From contig NC_042999.1 in the NCBI RefSeq assembly GCF_006345805.1, positions 142,166,001 to 142,230,000 of the forward strand: DNA of 64,000 bases, in the 5' to 3' direction. The stretch comes from Octopus sinensis. Lineage: Eukaryota. The translations under genes and the position numbers were made by a program. Every line of letters starts with the position of its first letter. Positions within the stretch are counted from its first letter, which is position 1. The notes below the pieces were generated by a model. That model was not told the DNA's origin. It saw nothing but the letters and a program-made list of their open reading frames with translations, and did no database searches. Positions 1 to 13,969 of the stretch are shown here, piece after piece.

Positions 1-575
1 TATACATACATATAAGGAATAATTAAGATTCAGCTGAATTAAGTACTCAAGTTGAGGCACCAGGTCAGTCCAGTATGGTCCGCACAGCTCGAACTAAGGT
101 GAATAAAAAGCAAATAAGCAACAAGGATATCCAGATATCAGTGCATTACGGCCATTTCAAGCAGCTCCATTTAATCGATCAATGAAAACATTGCATCAGT
201 TTGAAATAAACTGCTCTCCTCAGAGCATACGACCATATATATTTCCAATATACAGGATACACCATTATAATTTTTTATCAAATTTTTCATCAGTACTAGA
301 GACCAAAATAATTACATTCCTTCTCTTTGCTATTTTTGTGGCAGAATGACTTTAGGGAAAAAATACTTAAAGCCTACTGTAATTTAGAGTGGCAGAAGAA
401 AATAATGGGGGTCAAGAAAGAGGAATGGTGATATAGCTACATTCATCTTTATCCTTATCACATTCAAAAGCCTCAATGCAGCAAATAATCTACAACACCT
501 TAAAATTAAATCCAATGGGAATTGACAGTTAAGTTCTTGTTGGTGGTGATAAATGCCGGATACACAACCCTACCC

Positions 576-609
<34 letters not shown>

Positions 610-1001
610 TAATATATACATACATATGTGTGAGTATTTATATATATATATATTACGCACATACACACAGAGACCAAGCTAACTAGAACTTCAAATTTCG
701 CCTAGTGGCTTGTTCAATGAATTTGACTACTTTAAGCATTGAGTCATCCCATCAGTAAATAATTTCGTTGTTATTCTTAAAATTACTTTAAAATAATAGC
801 ATTATTGTACCCCCCCCCCCACCAACAAATATAAATTCATATATGTAACATTCCTATGCATAAAATAAAATGTAGTGTTATATTAATTATATGCAAAACA
901 GTAAAGTAGAAGAAATGCAGAATTGGAAAAATGCCAACATACCAAAAATCGATAACTTATATACAACCTTCCTATCAGGAAAATTTTACAAAAGGGTTTA
1001 A

Positions 1002-1240
1002 AAAAATTTGCGCCATTAATTGAAAATAATTGGTTCCAAATTTTAGCACAAAGCCAGCAGTTTTGGTGGTTGAGGTAAGTTGATTACATCAACCCCAATG
1101 CTTAACTGGTACTTATTTTGTGGACCCCAAAGGGAAGGCAAAGTCGACCTCAACGGAATTTAAACTCAGAACCTAAAGACGGATGAAATGCCGCTAAGCA
1201 TTTTGCCCGGTGTGCTAACGATTCTGCCGGCTCGCTGCCC
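1002..1240 (-). mobile_element. tRNA-derived SINE (family 2)
   Basis: Minus strand reads GGCAGCGAGCCGGCAGAATCGTTAGCAC...GAGGTCGACTTTGCC...AATAAGTACCAG; related copies at 51745-51880 (+) and ~61060-61200 (-). Confidence 0.7.
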
Positions 1241-1509
1241 GTAAAAAGTGTTCAGCAAGCCACTACAGAGAATCGAACCCTGTACTTCTTAAAATCTGAC
1301 TGACAGCTAATTAAGCTAAGCGATTCCTGGGGAGATTAATAGAAAAAAATTGTCATTTATAAAATATCTTGCAGAAATGGTATGCTATATTTAATAAAAA
1401 GAAATATACATATATCACAAGCATAACGAATACTTTTTGCGTTGAGCCTTTTAGCATCGGGCTCAGTAAAGATAAATTCAGTTTTTGGGTGAGAGCATTG
1501 AAATATACT

Positions 1510-1728
1510 CTTAACTCTTTTACTTGTTTCAGTCATTTGACTGTGGCCATGCTGGAGCACCGCCTTTAATCGAGCAACTCGACCCCGGGACTTATTCTTT
1601 TGTGAGCCCAGTACTTATTCTATCGGTCTCTTTTGCCGAACCGCTAAGTAACGGGGACATAAACACACCAGCATCGACTGTCAAGCAATGCTAGGGGGAC
1701 AAACACAGACACACAAACACACACACGC

Positions 1729-1763
<35 letters not shown>

Positions 1764-1932
1764 ATATATATCTACGACGGGATTCTTTCAGTTTCCGTCT
1801 ACCAAATCCACTCACAAGGCTTTGGTCGGCCCGAGGCTATAGTAGAAGACACTTGCCCAAGGTGCCACGCAGTGGGACTGAACCCGGAACCATGTGGTTG
1901 GTAAACAAGCTACTTACCACACAGCCACTCCT
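1510..1932 (-). mobile_element. tRNA-derived SINE (family 1), near full length
   Basis: Minus-strand head AGGAGTGGCTGTGTGGTAAG...GGGTTCAGTCCC, CORE-like CACCTTGGGCAAGTGTCTTC, internal microsatellite, tail ...GACTGAAACAAGTAAAAG; several near-identical copies elsewhere in the window. Confidence 0.9.
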
Positions 1933-4060
1933 ATAGCTAAGATGTAATAACTATCAAAGGTTAATTACCCATATTAAATGAAATATGCATATTGATATAT
2001 CTTTCACCAGACACAACAAACATTCCTATGTTTAAAATATATTAAGGATACTGATTTTTAAAAATACAGACCAGTAAATCTGAAAAAGAAAACCCGGAAA
2101 ATGTGAATGCAGCCGAAACGGAAAACCGGAAGATATGAATGCGACCGAAATATCGATAAATCAATCATTCACGATCTGTCTTTCTGCAAAATACTTCACA
2201 AAAATGCTCCATTTACCGAATTGTCTGTAATAAAAATAATTTTCGTTTCTGTACGTTTCCGTTTTACAAAAAAGCGACATCAGTTACAGTAGTGTCACTT
2301 AGCTATAATCGCATAATGGTCCCTGGTTGCTGCTGCTGCTGGCTGTTGTCGCCACCAACACCACCTCCAAATAGCCACAGCTAGCAGCGCTTCTTCCATT
2401 AAGAGTTTCCAATGGTAACAACAATGATAAAATAAAGGAAATACAGGAAAAAATATGAGTAAGGACGCTTTAAAATGGAGGAAATTATTTATGGGTGCAT
2501 AGGAAGTGTGTGCTTGAAAGTTTTCCTCAACAAATCAACCCAGATCATCGGTAACATTTTTCGTTAGAGACGCGCCTTCCACTCGACAACATAACGTTTA
2601 ATTCAGACCGGATTTTTTTCTAAAATAAAGCAAATAACATAATGTTCCTCAACATGGGATTCCACTTTTGCGTTCATTGTGTATATTGATAACAATAACA
2701 GCGAAAGAGTGCTAAAGATAGTAGAAGTACTCTTACGTTTTAATTTGGTCTTCTCATCCAAATTTAGATTTATTTACTCTGGTGCTACAGAAAAAAAAGA
2801 CCCTCCATGAAAACCATTCTAAGTTCTCGGCTGGAATGCGTTCATAAGTCTGTTCAGTTGCGGTTGACCTGGGGCTAAACAACAACAATTATAAATAAAC
2901 GGTTCAACCTAGCGAGGATTTTTCTGTGTCAATAATTATTAATCCTTCCTCTGTCGGTTGTGTATCTCACAATTTCATGTGCAAAATATAGACTAAATAA
3001 TTGATATCTGCATATAAAACTTGCGATGTATAACAATGCCGTAAATAAAAAAAAATTCCTAAGTTATGGAGGCTTCTTAGTTAATTACAAATAGAAAGCA
3101 AAGCCTTTAGCGGCAATTGTTAGCGACCCCAAAATAAAAGGGAGATCATTTTGAGAAATTAATTAATCTCTCAAGTAAATTTGCATCCTTAGGAGAAAGA
3201 AAACCAATATCACTGTCAACAGGCTAACTTTAAGATAAAATGTTAATGCTAGTAATTTGTATTTAACATCTACTCAAACAAATCAGCTTTTTATTAATAT
3301 ACATTTCACGTGAAAACTTTTGAGCAATATGGAGAAGTTAGCAAAATATGTTAGGTAATATCAATAAATGAAAACGAAAAGATAATGCATTATCTTACAT
3401 AGCTTTTTTTCTTTTAATTTATCTTGTAATATTTCGGGAAAGGTTTCCTTTTCCAAATAGGAGAAAAATATTCAAAGAGTTCGGAGAAATGCGTTACTAC
3501 CAGCAGGCCCTTCTAGTGTGTTGTGTAAATTGCAACAAACTATTTTAATTTCTTTAAATTATCTCCTTATTCTATTGTTAGGTTTTCGTTGTTAGGTTGT
3601 AGGTTTTCGTTGTCCCTCTCTATCCATAAGAATTTGTCCTATGCGTTATTCATTCTACCACCCTTTCTTTTGTTACACAAATTCATACTACTGGTACCTT
3701 CCAGCTATTTTCCTGTCAGTTCCTTTTCACTTAAATTATGGAAATTACCTTTGATCAAGAATATTCTCAATCACTCTTTGCCTATATTACATTACGTAAA
3801 ACTGATCGGTGAGAAGGAAAATGTTATGCTTATGACACAAAATCGATACCGATTTGCGGTGTGTATAGCTTTCACACGTCTTCAAAATAAAGATCAAATC
3901 GTCTTTTTCTTAAGCAAGCTAATTCACTTCATTTTATTCTTAATTACTTGAAATAATCTTCTGTTTTCATTCAAACTTGTCAACAATTGGCGCTAGCTTT
4001 TTGTCTTTCTTCTGTGATTTTTTTCTGCTCTTTATTAACAGAAACCTCATCTAAATAGTA

Positions 4061-4171
4061 GTTCAGTCCCACTGCGTGGCACCTTGGGCAAGTGTCTTCT
4101 ACTATAGCCTTGGGCCGATCAAAGCTTTCTGAATGGATTTGGTAGACGGAAAATGAAAGAAGCCCGTCGTA

Positions 4172-4172
<1 letters not shown>
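4061..4172 (+). mobile_element. SINE family 1, 5'-truncated fragment
   Basis: GTTCAGTCCCACTGCGTGGCACCTTGGGCAAGTGTC...GAAGCCCGTCGT matches the 1510-1932 copy. Confidence 0.85.
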
Positions 4173-5100
<928 letters not shown>

Positions 5101-5559
5101 CATTAAACTTTTGCAAGCTTACCTTTACCTATTATGAGTTATTTGAAAAGTGATGTTCCCTTCCTTCTTTTCTATTTATTGATACCTTTGTTTACCTACC
5201 AATGTGCTGTTTCACTTTAAGGATGATTATTTACCCATCCATCATGATCTTTCGACTATTGTCCATTGTGTCAAATACGTTTTAGCATTGTCGTTCTAGC
5301 CTTTTTTAAGCAATCACATAGGATTCGTCTCAAAGAATCAACCTTTAAATAAGAATTTTGCTTCCACTAGCGAAAGCTATAGTGTCTTTCAGAAAGCTCC
5401 ATACCAATTTAACTTTATGCAGCATTCGCTGTTAGTTTATGCTCAGGCTATGTGGGAAGACAGAACAAAGGGGCTTTTGTTAGCTCATAATAAAATCGGT
5501 AATCACTTGGTACACTAAACCCCATTTTCCTTTTCTAGATAATACTACCTAAATAGAGA

Positions 5560-6510
5560 GCACACATTGGCAGAAAGTCTTCTGCAGGGGCAAGGCAGCA
5601 GCACTGGCAGGCTAAGGAAGTTGAAGACCGGAGGTCTTGTAGACTGTTGAAAAAAGCTGCCGCTGCTAGTGCTGCAACTATTCCAGAGCAGTGTAAAACC
5701 TATCGAGTGTGTGCTGTTGCCGTAAGGGCCGTAGAAACCCCACAAAAGAGAGTTATCCATTGGGCATGCAACGATGCATCCACTTCTACCGCGAGGGCTG
5801 AGGAAGCCCCAGAAGGGAGTGCAGTCCGTCGGGTACGCAACACTTTATCCACTTCTGCCACGAGGTTGGCAGATGACGATAACCATCAGATGATGAGGCT
5901 TCAGTCTAACGTTTACCAGAAGGCTCTTTCTCACGGCTATTGGAAGCCATAGAATAGTCGATGGGCATCAAAGGCGCTCAACTATGATTCTGCCGAGGAT
6001 TACGCCACTCATCGAGAGACTGTTACGCGGCATATGTCTGTAATATGTCCATTTTGTAAGGCCTTCAAGTGGGTTGGAGAATCCAGTGGCCTATGCTGCT
6101 CAAACAGAAAGGTTCGCTTGCCTGACCTGCAAAACACTCCTCAGGCTTTGCTCTCTTTACTCCTTGGTCAACACCTGCTTCGCAGCAATTTATACAGAAA
6201 ATTCGCGCTTATAACTCTACCTTCCAGATGACAAGTTTCGGTCACAAATCCATTCATGAAGACTCCTATATGCCAACATTCAAAATTCAGGTCCAAACTT
6301 ATCAACGAATAGGCTCTATTCTTCCTTTCAACAACGCTGAACACCGATTCCTTCAAATTTACTTAATGGGAGATACCACTGAGCAAACGGCTCACCGAGC
6401 TCAGATGGCACCTGGATCAAAAAGGCCTCTTTTGAATGAACGTCAGGAAATGCTCCACACCACCGACCGATACGTGAAGAACTTCAAAACTGCTATTCAA
6501 CACCGACTGC
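5560..6510 (+). mobile_element. Helitron Rep/Hel N-terminal remnant (frameshifted)
   Basis: MSVICPFCKAFKWVGESSGLCCSNRKVRLP and MTSFG...PTFKIQVQTYQRIGSILP...FLQIYLMG...QEMLH...YVKNFKTA are characteristic of the Helitron helicase-like N-terminal domain. Confidence 0.85.
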
Positions 6511-7339
6511 TCAGAATAAGACTCATGCTGGTTATTTTGAGTACGTATATATGTGTATCCTGCTTACTTTTACCGTCATTGCAAATTCACAATTATCTGT
6601 CTGCCTTGCAACACGACATCTTTTCACTGCGAACTGCTAAAGATTCAAAGCTGTATTCATGACTGAAGTCAAACTCTTCATGTCTTCATTTTTCGTTACC
6701 TGAAGCCAATTTCAGAGTGGTCATACATTATAAGCACGTAGTAAATACATTCCTTTAACTCTGCTTTTTCAAGTAGGTATAATATTGCCATTTTTTGAAC
6801 GTGCCAATCATAATTCTCGCCGCAAAAATAGCCCCTTTGATGTTGAATAAAACAAACTCGTAGAGGGGAAGTTTCAACGTCTTCCTTCAATTTCCTTACA
6901 TCATTATGTGGCTGTTTCTGACAAGAAATTTCGCTTTCATGTAAAGTAACCGTATTTTGTAGTCATTATCCGTAATCTACTCCCAAAACACTTCAATAGC
7001 TCTAATTTACATCTCTTGCAAACTTATGTTCTATGATGATTAAAGTTGAACGACCTTCACAATAACCAGCCTTCAATTTGGTTTTCCGTTCCTAGGTTAA
7101 TCGGAAACATAGATTGCCGTGCTACTTATAAACCTTCTCGGCAGTTCAATCATTTGGTGAAAAAAATACCACCAAAGCAACTTAAACCACCCAAAGGACG
7201 GGTGCGTTTGCTAGTAGTTTGATAAAACAGCAACACCAGTTAATTATATGTGTGTTTCCGCATGTTACAAGAGGTTGTCTAGTGGCATCAGGTAGTTGTA
7301 TAAAATACACACATACATACATATTTAAATATGTGCGCG

Positions 7340-7620
7340 CACACCCAACAGATGTTAACATAACGCCAAAGATTAGTGAAAAAGAAAATACCTACGCTGA
7401 ACTATTGAGAAATTTACAGTCATTCTGCCCAGATTACAAGATCAGGTTAATACCTGTAATTACTGGAGTACTTGGATATGTAATACACTGCCTAAGTACC
7501 AATCTTGAGAAATTAGACTTCTCAAAACCAGAAAGGAGAAAGCTGATTCGAAAACTACAAGTCCAAGCCTTCACTGGAACTGTAAAAATCTGTAAAACTT
7601 TCCAGAAGCTTACCATTTAA
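7340..7620 (+). mobile_element. R4/Dong-like non-LTR retrotransposon, C-terminal fragment
   Basis: PTDVNITPKISEKENTYAELL...IPVITGVLG...LQVQAFTGTVKICKTF resembles the end of a restriction-like endonuclease ORF; compare 21999-22208. Confidence 0.7.
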
Positions 7621-8889
7621 GTATATATGCGCATGTCTAGACATGCAAATATGTGCATGAGAATACATATATACAGCACATACACACATACATGCAAAAA
7701 TACTCTGTTGATATTGCTGAAATTCCAATGAAGCAGCTTTGGATCTAAGTGAGAAACTAGTTCTTTCTCTATTGGTCAGAGATGTTGAAATGAAACTGAA
7801 TAACGACATACATAAATAGAAGTATATACACCACACCTATAATAAAGTGGATGAATAAAATCCAGGGGATTACTTCAGTAGCACTTCATACAAGAACCTG
7901 GCTTGCAAAGTGTTCGAATAGCAATGAGTTTTGTCAAAAACGTTAAGAGTAAATCCTGTTCTATGTGAGACACATTCTACCAGTATCCGAAGTTTCAAAG
8001 TGTTTAGTTAAAAAAAAAATTAATTAAAAAATCTGGCCATCAAATTGAAAAGATCCAGAGAATTTATGGACACTCTGTTCATTAAATAATCTTTTTATGT
8101 CGACAGTTGACGATATCAGTCTTATAAAATATATCGATAAAATGTATCGCAAAATTTTTTCCCAAAGATGGGGTTTTGCGTTTGAGAGAAACCTATCATA
8201 AAAATTTTGCAATTAATTTTGTTTTAAAATATTTAAGAATCGGTTCTAATTCATTTAGTTGATAATTTAATGTGACATTACATAGAATTCTTATATCTAA
8301 AATTAAAATCTTACGCAGTAAGTTGTCCAAATTAAAAAAAAATATAGCATGCAATCCTGAAAAGTAGCGTAATCCACTCCTTGTACTCTAATCTGGCAAC
8401 CTGGCATATCACTGCCCAAACACATCATTAAGATAGCACTTTTGCCACTCTCCCGCTCACATATATATATGTATGTGTGTGTATGTGCACTTGCGTGCGT
8501 GATAGTGCTTGAAATGGGGATGTGTATGCAAGGGATGGAGTCTGTACGTGGAAAAGGGAAAAGTAGTCAGAATCCCTAAATTTTGGAATGGTTATTTAAG
8601 TAAAAGAAACAAAACAAAAAAAAAAAACTGATGTATAAAATGTTATCGGTTTGTCTTTAAGAAAATGTTTTGTCGTTCGTTTTCTTACAGTGTTAAACTT
8701 CTTCAGTGAGCCAATAGCGAAGTCATGTTATCCTTTTTGTATTTAAAGTTAAAGATTAAAACAGTGTGTAAAATATTTTACTGTATATAAATAGATTTGA
8801 AGACAAACAGAGAGAAGAGTATAAATTGATAATTTGATGTAAAGTGAAGCTTCAGAAAGTAACTACTGGCATGTGAGACTCAGGCAATT

Positions 8890-9330
8890 TATTTATAAAT
8901 CAACATTTGGTTTAAATAACACCCAGAGGAAACATCCTGAAATTAATATCTCATCACTATTGTAGTGTGAATAAGCCCTCTGCGATCTAATTAGTCATGT
9001 TCACTAAAAGATTTAATGTTAATGAGTAAAGTCAGTTCTGCGTCTTTACTGATTTACATAGTGCCGTGAAGACCTATAGTGTTATATGGAATAAAGTTGT
9101 TCCGTTAATTTGTAAAGTCAAACGTAATTAGTGAATGTTGTTGTAATTACATATTATATATTAACATAGCTTTGCAAGCCAATGAAGGAAGCTGTTCGAA
9201 GTTGCTTGGATGCCTGAAATAACAGCTAAATCTTCCTCAAATCATATGTTTTGTCTTTACTAATAGTAGGTTTGATCACAGCTGCGATCTCTTTGATTGT
9301 AGGTCTGCTAGATCAAAGAGATTAAAGAGC
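8890..9330. mobile_element. Dispersed repeat, unclassified
   Basis: AACATTTGGTTTAAATAACAC...TCTGCGTC homologous to ~33730-34230. Confidence 0.6.
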
Positions 9331-9386
9331 CACAATACTGATAACATAGATTTTCAATAATAACAAAATGGTTGAGGGGTAAATCC

Positions 9387-9562
9387 GTCAGAGGAGTATA
9401 GTACGAACTAGTACGCCAGAGGAGTATAGTACCTCAGAGGAGTATAGTACGAACAGAGGAGTATAGTACGAACATCGGAGTATAGTACGAACAGAGGAGT
9501 ATAGTACGAAGAGGAGTATTGTACGTCAGAGGAGTATAATACGAACAGAGGAGTATAGTACA
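9387..9562. repeat. ~20-bp minisatellite (CAGAGGAGTATAGTACGAA)
   Basis: Roughly eight to nine imperfect tandem units visible. Confidence 0.9.
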
Positions 9563-9574
9563 AATATGTTAAAA

Positions 9575-10175
9575 CTTAATTATTAGCGACGGAACTAGTA
9601 TTGGTACCAAAAGGCAATCTTTATATTCAACTTAACGTGGATGTCTTGTAAGAACACCGAATACTGAGTTATTAGCCTTGAGAGAACCTCTCATATAGGC
9701 GCTTGGTGCATAAAAGTACACACATAGATCGTAGCAAACGAGAATTATCTGTTATGGGCGCCGGAACTCACGAGATTTCAGTCTACTGGTCATCGTTAGT
9801 GAGACGTTCGGTCATCGCATACTTGGCAAATCTCGCTGCTACGATACATAGAATACCATCATTTCAAGCACTGATGTTGCAAGTAGCCAACAGGCTTATT
9901 AAACATTAATTATTAGCGACGGAAGCCGTATGAATGCCAAAAACAATCTTTATATCCAACGTAACATGAACGTCATGTTAGAATATTGAATACTGCGTCA
10001 GTAATCTTGAGAAAACATCTCATGCTGGCGCTTGGTGCATGGAAGCACACCCATAGATCGTAGCAGATAAGAATTATGCTATGAGCACCAAGATCCTATA
10101 TGAGAGGCTCTCTCAGTGCTAATAACGCAGTATTTGGTATTCCACCAAGACATTTATGTTAAGTTGGATATAGAG
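9575..10175. repeat. Diverged ~330-bp tandem duplication plus a partial inverted third copy
   Basis: TTAATTATTAGCGACGGAA...GGCGCTTGGTGCAT...CATAGATCGTAGCA at ~9576 and ~9907; 10102-10175 is the reverse complement of part of the unit. Confidence 0.8.
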
Positions 10176-10540
10176 ACCACAAACAACTAAGTTGCTATTT
10201 AATAGCAGATCAACTACGAGAGCACAGATGGTCCTTTAGTCAGGATGCAAATAGGCTTATGTCATTGAATAACAGTGTTGTAGTGAAAATAGTATTCCCC
10301 TTCCCACGTGACAAAGTGGTATGAACGGGCCTCTATAAAGCCAGACAGTCAGTCGTTGTAGGAAGTCAGTCGTAGAAGAGTCGTTGTACGAGATCTCAGT
10401 GTCAGTGTCAGTTACGTGTGATATACGAGTTAGAGTTATTGTCAAGGTAGACGTTTCAAAGTCATAGTCTTGCGGAGCTATCAGCGAGAGCACGATAGAC
10501 GAGTCAAAGATAATAAGACGCGAAATACCGTCACAATATA

Positions 10541-12000
10541 CGGTGTTTCCCCGAGAATAAGACCCAGTCTTATATAAATGTTGCATCCAAAAAACGCGCT
10601 AGGACTTATTTTCGGAGGATGTCTTATATTTTTGCGGAAAAAGATCCAAGAAAGACAAAATAGTATTTTGTCATCGTGTAAAAGGAAAAAATTGTAAAAA
10701 GGAAACCCACTTATTTATTTGCTTATTGTTTTAGTCAAGTACAAACATTTTGTCCTCTTCTGGAACATCGTCATAAATCATCAAACCCCGAACTTCAGAC
10801 TGAATTTCTTGCAAGTCAATTTCCTGTAGAATTATGCACGCCAATCTCTCATGTTTAGCAATATAACTTCCCTTAAATGAACACTTTTTGTCCAAGTATC
10901 CTGCTCGTAGTGCATCGGCAACGCAACTGTCGGTAATTTTTTTTCCCTGAATTCTTCACCTAATTCACGATTTCTTGGAGGTTGGGTTTGACAAAGTTTC
11001 CACGCTAATTTCTCTCCATTTTATGTTCGATATATTCATTCACTTCCATCCACAAATAATCCTTGAAGGGCTTGTTTATTATAAGATCTAATGTTTGTGG
11101 ATATGAAGTCATTCCTACGGGAATCGTTATGTGGTCATTTCTTCTTTTAGAAAAGAAGGTTTTTATATCTTTTGCGCGATGAGTACTGGCCGAATCCCAG
11201 ACTAAAAGAACTCTTTGAGAACCACATAAAACAAGTGGCATAGTTAAATCAATCCATTTTCTTATAACAGCGTGTATGACCAAGCCTTTTCCGTTCCAAG
11301 GATATAAATGCCCGAAACTCGTTCTATTTTCTTTTTTTTGCCATTTGTGATGAAAAGCGGTGAAACTTTTGTTCCATCAAGACGAATTGTTAAAATTGAG
11401 GCAACGTATATTGACGAGGCACTTGTCTGTTCAACTGTCGTTTTAGATCCTTGGCCCATAAATACTGTAGTCTCATCCATAGCAATTATATTAGACAGAT
11501 TGTATTTAGAAAAGTCGATGCCATCAACGAAGGACTTGAATGCAAGTGCATGTTGAATTACTTTAACATCTTCCTGCTTGAACAGTGTTGTCGATCTTCG
11601 TAGAAAGAGCTCATATCGCCGAAGGAAGTTATCCAGCCAATTGTAATGCTTTGAATATCTCTGTGGATATATCCAACTGTGGTGCCATTGCAAGAGTAAA
11701 TTCTTGAATATCAACCCTACCTACAACCAAAGCCTTTGTTCTTCTGTTAGCAATCCATCCCGAGGTAATATCTTCCAGCTCCGAAAATAACGGTTGTCGA
11801 CCTGATCCACACTTGTGCTTCTTAGCACTCCCCTCATCCACTTGTCTGCTGAGATTATCGTACTTTGCTCGCCATTCGGAGAGCCAACATCTCCTTTCAG
11901 AAAGCCATAAAATTCTTGTTATGTGACTCTTCCACAATTCCTTTCTTGTACGCCACGGAATAATTCTTTCTTTTTGCACTCATCTTGCCTGGGGGGAAAA
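10541..12000 (-). mobile_element. pogo/Tigger (DDE_1) transposon remnant
   Basis: CENP-B-type HTH (FSELEDITSGWIANRR), IIAMDET, LLVWDSASTH, GMTSYPQTLDLIINKPFK across three frames; TIR-like TA|CGGTGTTTCCCCGAGAATAAGAC at 10539-10565; the other TIR was not found. Confidence 0.9.
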
Positions 12001-12122
12001 GGAGTCAAGCCAAAGGAGTCAACTCCGTGCATGCGCGCTTAGTGCAGACTTTAGCCAAGCAGCGGTAGTTGGTTTATTTTCACACCATATGGATGTCACT
12101 CGTACAGCCATTTCTGTCAGAT

Positions 12123-12356
12123 TCAATTATCTTCGGTGCATTCTGTAACGATCTGACTAGGCTTCTCCTTAGTGGTAGCGGCTTTCCATTTCATGACATC
12201 GCGTACCTTGATCCCTTTTGTTCGGTCGGCATCATCTCGCTGAAGGTCGGTGGACAACGTTCCGCGACATCCATAGTCCCGTCGGACGCAGGTCCAATAC
12301 ATCCGGGTCTTTCTTGTCTTTTTCTTCGTATACGTATGCTCGTCCACGCAGACCAC
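12123..12356 (-). mobile_element. MULE-type transposase fragment (FLYWCH zinc-finger region)
   Basis: VCVDEHTYTKKKTRKTRMYWTCVRRDYGCRGTLST followed by KWKAATTKEKPSQIV; the terminal H of FLYWCH appears deleted. Confidence 0.7.
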
Positions 12357-12610
12357 TCTGCCTCTGTACTTCGAATGATTTCATTTAAAGACGTTATTGT
12401 TGCAATGATCATCATGAAATTACATTTTGTTCTCAATAACGATGTGACCAAAGAGGTAATGTTAATAGATTTTGAATTTTGTCGAAAATGTTCCATTAGT
12501 TCCATATTATCTAAGACAATATGAAATTTTGTGATAATCAGTTTATTGCTTGAGGTATCCGATAAAAACCCCAGATGAAATGAGCTTAAACGGTCAATAG
12601 TAACGAAATT

Positions 12611-13292
12611 GGATCTTTCCCTTTTGAATGGCACATGTCAACACAATTTCTAGTTAACTAAACATTTTAAAACTTCGTATACTGGTAGAATGTGTTTATA
12701 AAACATCATTTTTTCTTGGCTTTATTGAGAAAATTCTATATGTTGTAACATATTTCCACTTTAATTTCAAGCATTTCGGCAATTTTAACCAATCGCTGAC
12801 CTCCATTGACGTAAACAACATTCCGTGCTGTATGAATATGTCCCTCGTTTAAGAAACAGATTGGGTTTATTTACATTTGCGAAGAAAAAAAGATACCCTT
12901 CCCCACCTCTAACCCTAACCCTAACTCACCCTAAGTCTAACCCTAAATCTAAAATAGATTGAAATACAATAGATCGATACTAGGGTTATAATTATGGGTG
13001 ACAATTTCATACGACACCGCTACGGAAAATGGGATTTTTTTCTAGCGGTGTCAAATGAAAATGTCACCCATAATTATAACCCTAGTATCGATCTATTTCA
13101 ATCTATTTTAGATTTAGGGTTAGAGTTAGGGTGAGTTAGGGTTAGGATTAGGGTTAGGGGTGGGGGAAGGGTATCAATAAAGCCAAGAAAAAATGATATT
13201 TTATAAACACATTTTACCAGTATACGCAGTTTAAAAGTGTTTAGTTACCTAGAAATTATGTTACAAAGTGCCATTCAAAAGGAAAAGATTCC
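12611..13292. mobile_element. Foldback/MITE-like palindromic element with telomere-like repeats
   Basis: Left arm GGATCTTTCCC...CTTTATTGA and GATACCCTTCCCCACC...ACACCGCTA is mirrored by TAGCGGTGTC...GGGTATCAATAAAG...GAAAAGATTCC; degenerate TAACCC/TTAGGG runs; ~160 bp extra in the left arm. Confidence 0.85.
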
Positions 13293-13715
13293 AACATTAT
13301 TTGCTCAATGAGAACTGAAATGTTAACTTCACCACAGTCCACTTTCACTCACAACGTTCACCTGACGCTATTGTAAATAATATTTTAAGTTTAATATGGT
13401 AAACAGTGGTCCGAAACCGAGTACCTGTTGGTTTGAAGCAAACTTGTTACTTAACAACGTACCAATCACTACGTGGTCGCCCGATTTACAAGGTATAGCT
13501 ATTAAAACAAAGCAGTCGACATTAACGAAGATGTTAGTCGCTGAAATAGATATTTATTATTGGTCTATAAATATGATTTGAATGTAAGATGCACTAATTG
13601 AGGATTGAACGCTCTGGTCAGAGGTCAGTAAGATTCATGAAGTGTGACCTGCTACCCAGCAGCCAGTCAATAGCCAACACTGCTGATAAGTGATTAGTCG
13701 AGCCCCCTATCTTGG

Positions 13716-13723
13716 TGACGTCA
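13716..13723. promoter_or_regulatory. Perfect CRE/ATF palindrome, candidate U2 distal element
   Basis: TGACGTCA at -254 relative to U2 +1; function inferred from position only. Confidence 0.3.
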
Positions 13724-13969
13724 CTTGTCTTCGACATTTACTTTATATAATAATAAGAACGTATATTACTATTCAACATACAATAGCCATATAAACTTAC
13801 AAATAATTGATTTAAAGATATTAAAAATATTTTGACGTAGAAAATGTAAGGATTGAATATCTTGACAATATAGCAGGTAATTAAATGTGATTGAAATAAT
13901 TAATTTACACATCAGTGGGTGTAACATTAACATGTGTAAATATAGTCTGTGGTAAAACGGTCAAAATTT

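Noticed and set aside
9387-9562. Short repeats resembling a CRISPR array
   Set aside because: Units are contiguous with no unique spacers, and the context is eukaryotic.
10276-10535. Possible solo LTR (TG...CA, TATAAA)
   Set aside because: No matching TSD and poor terminal inverted repeats.
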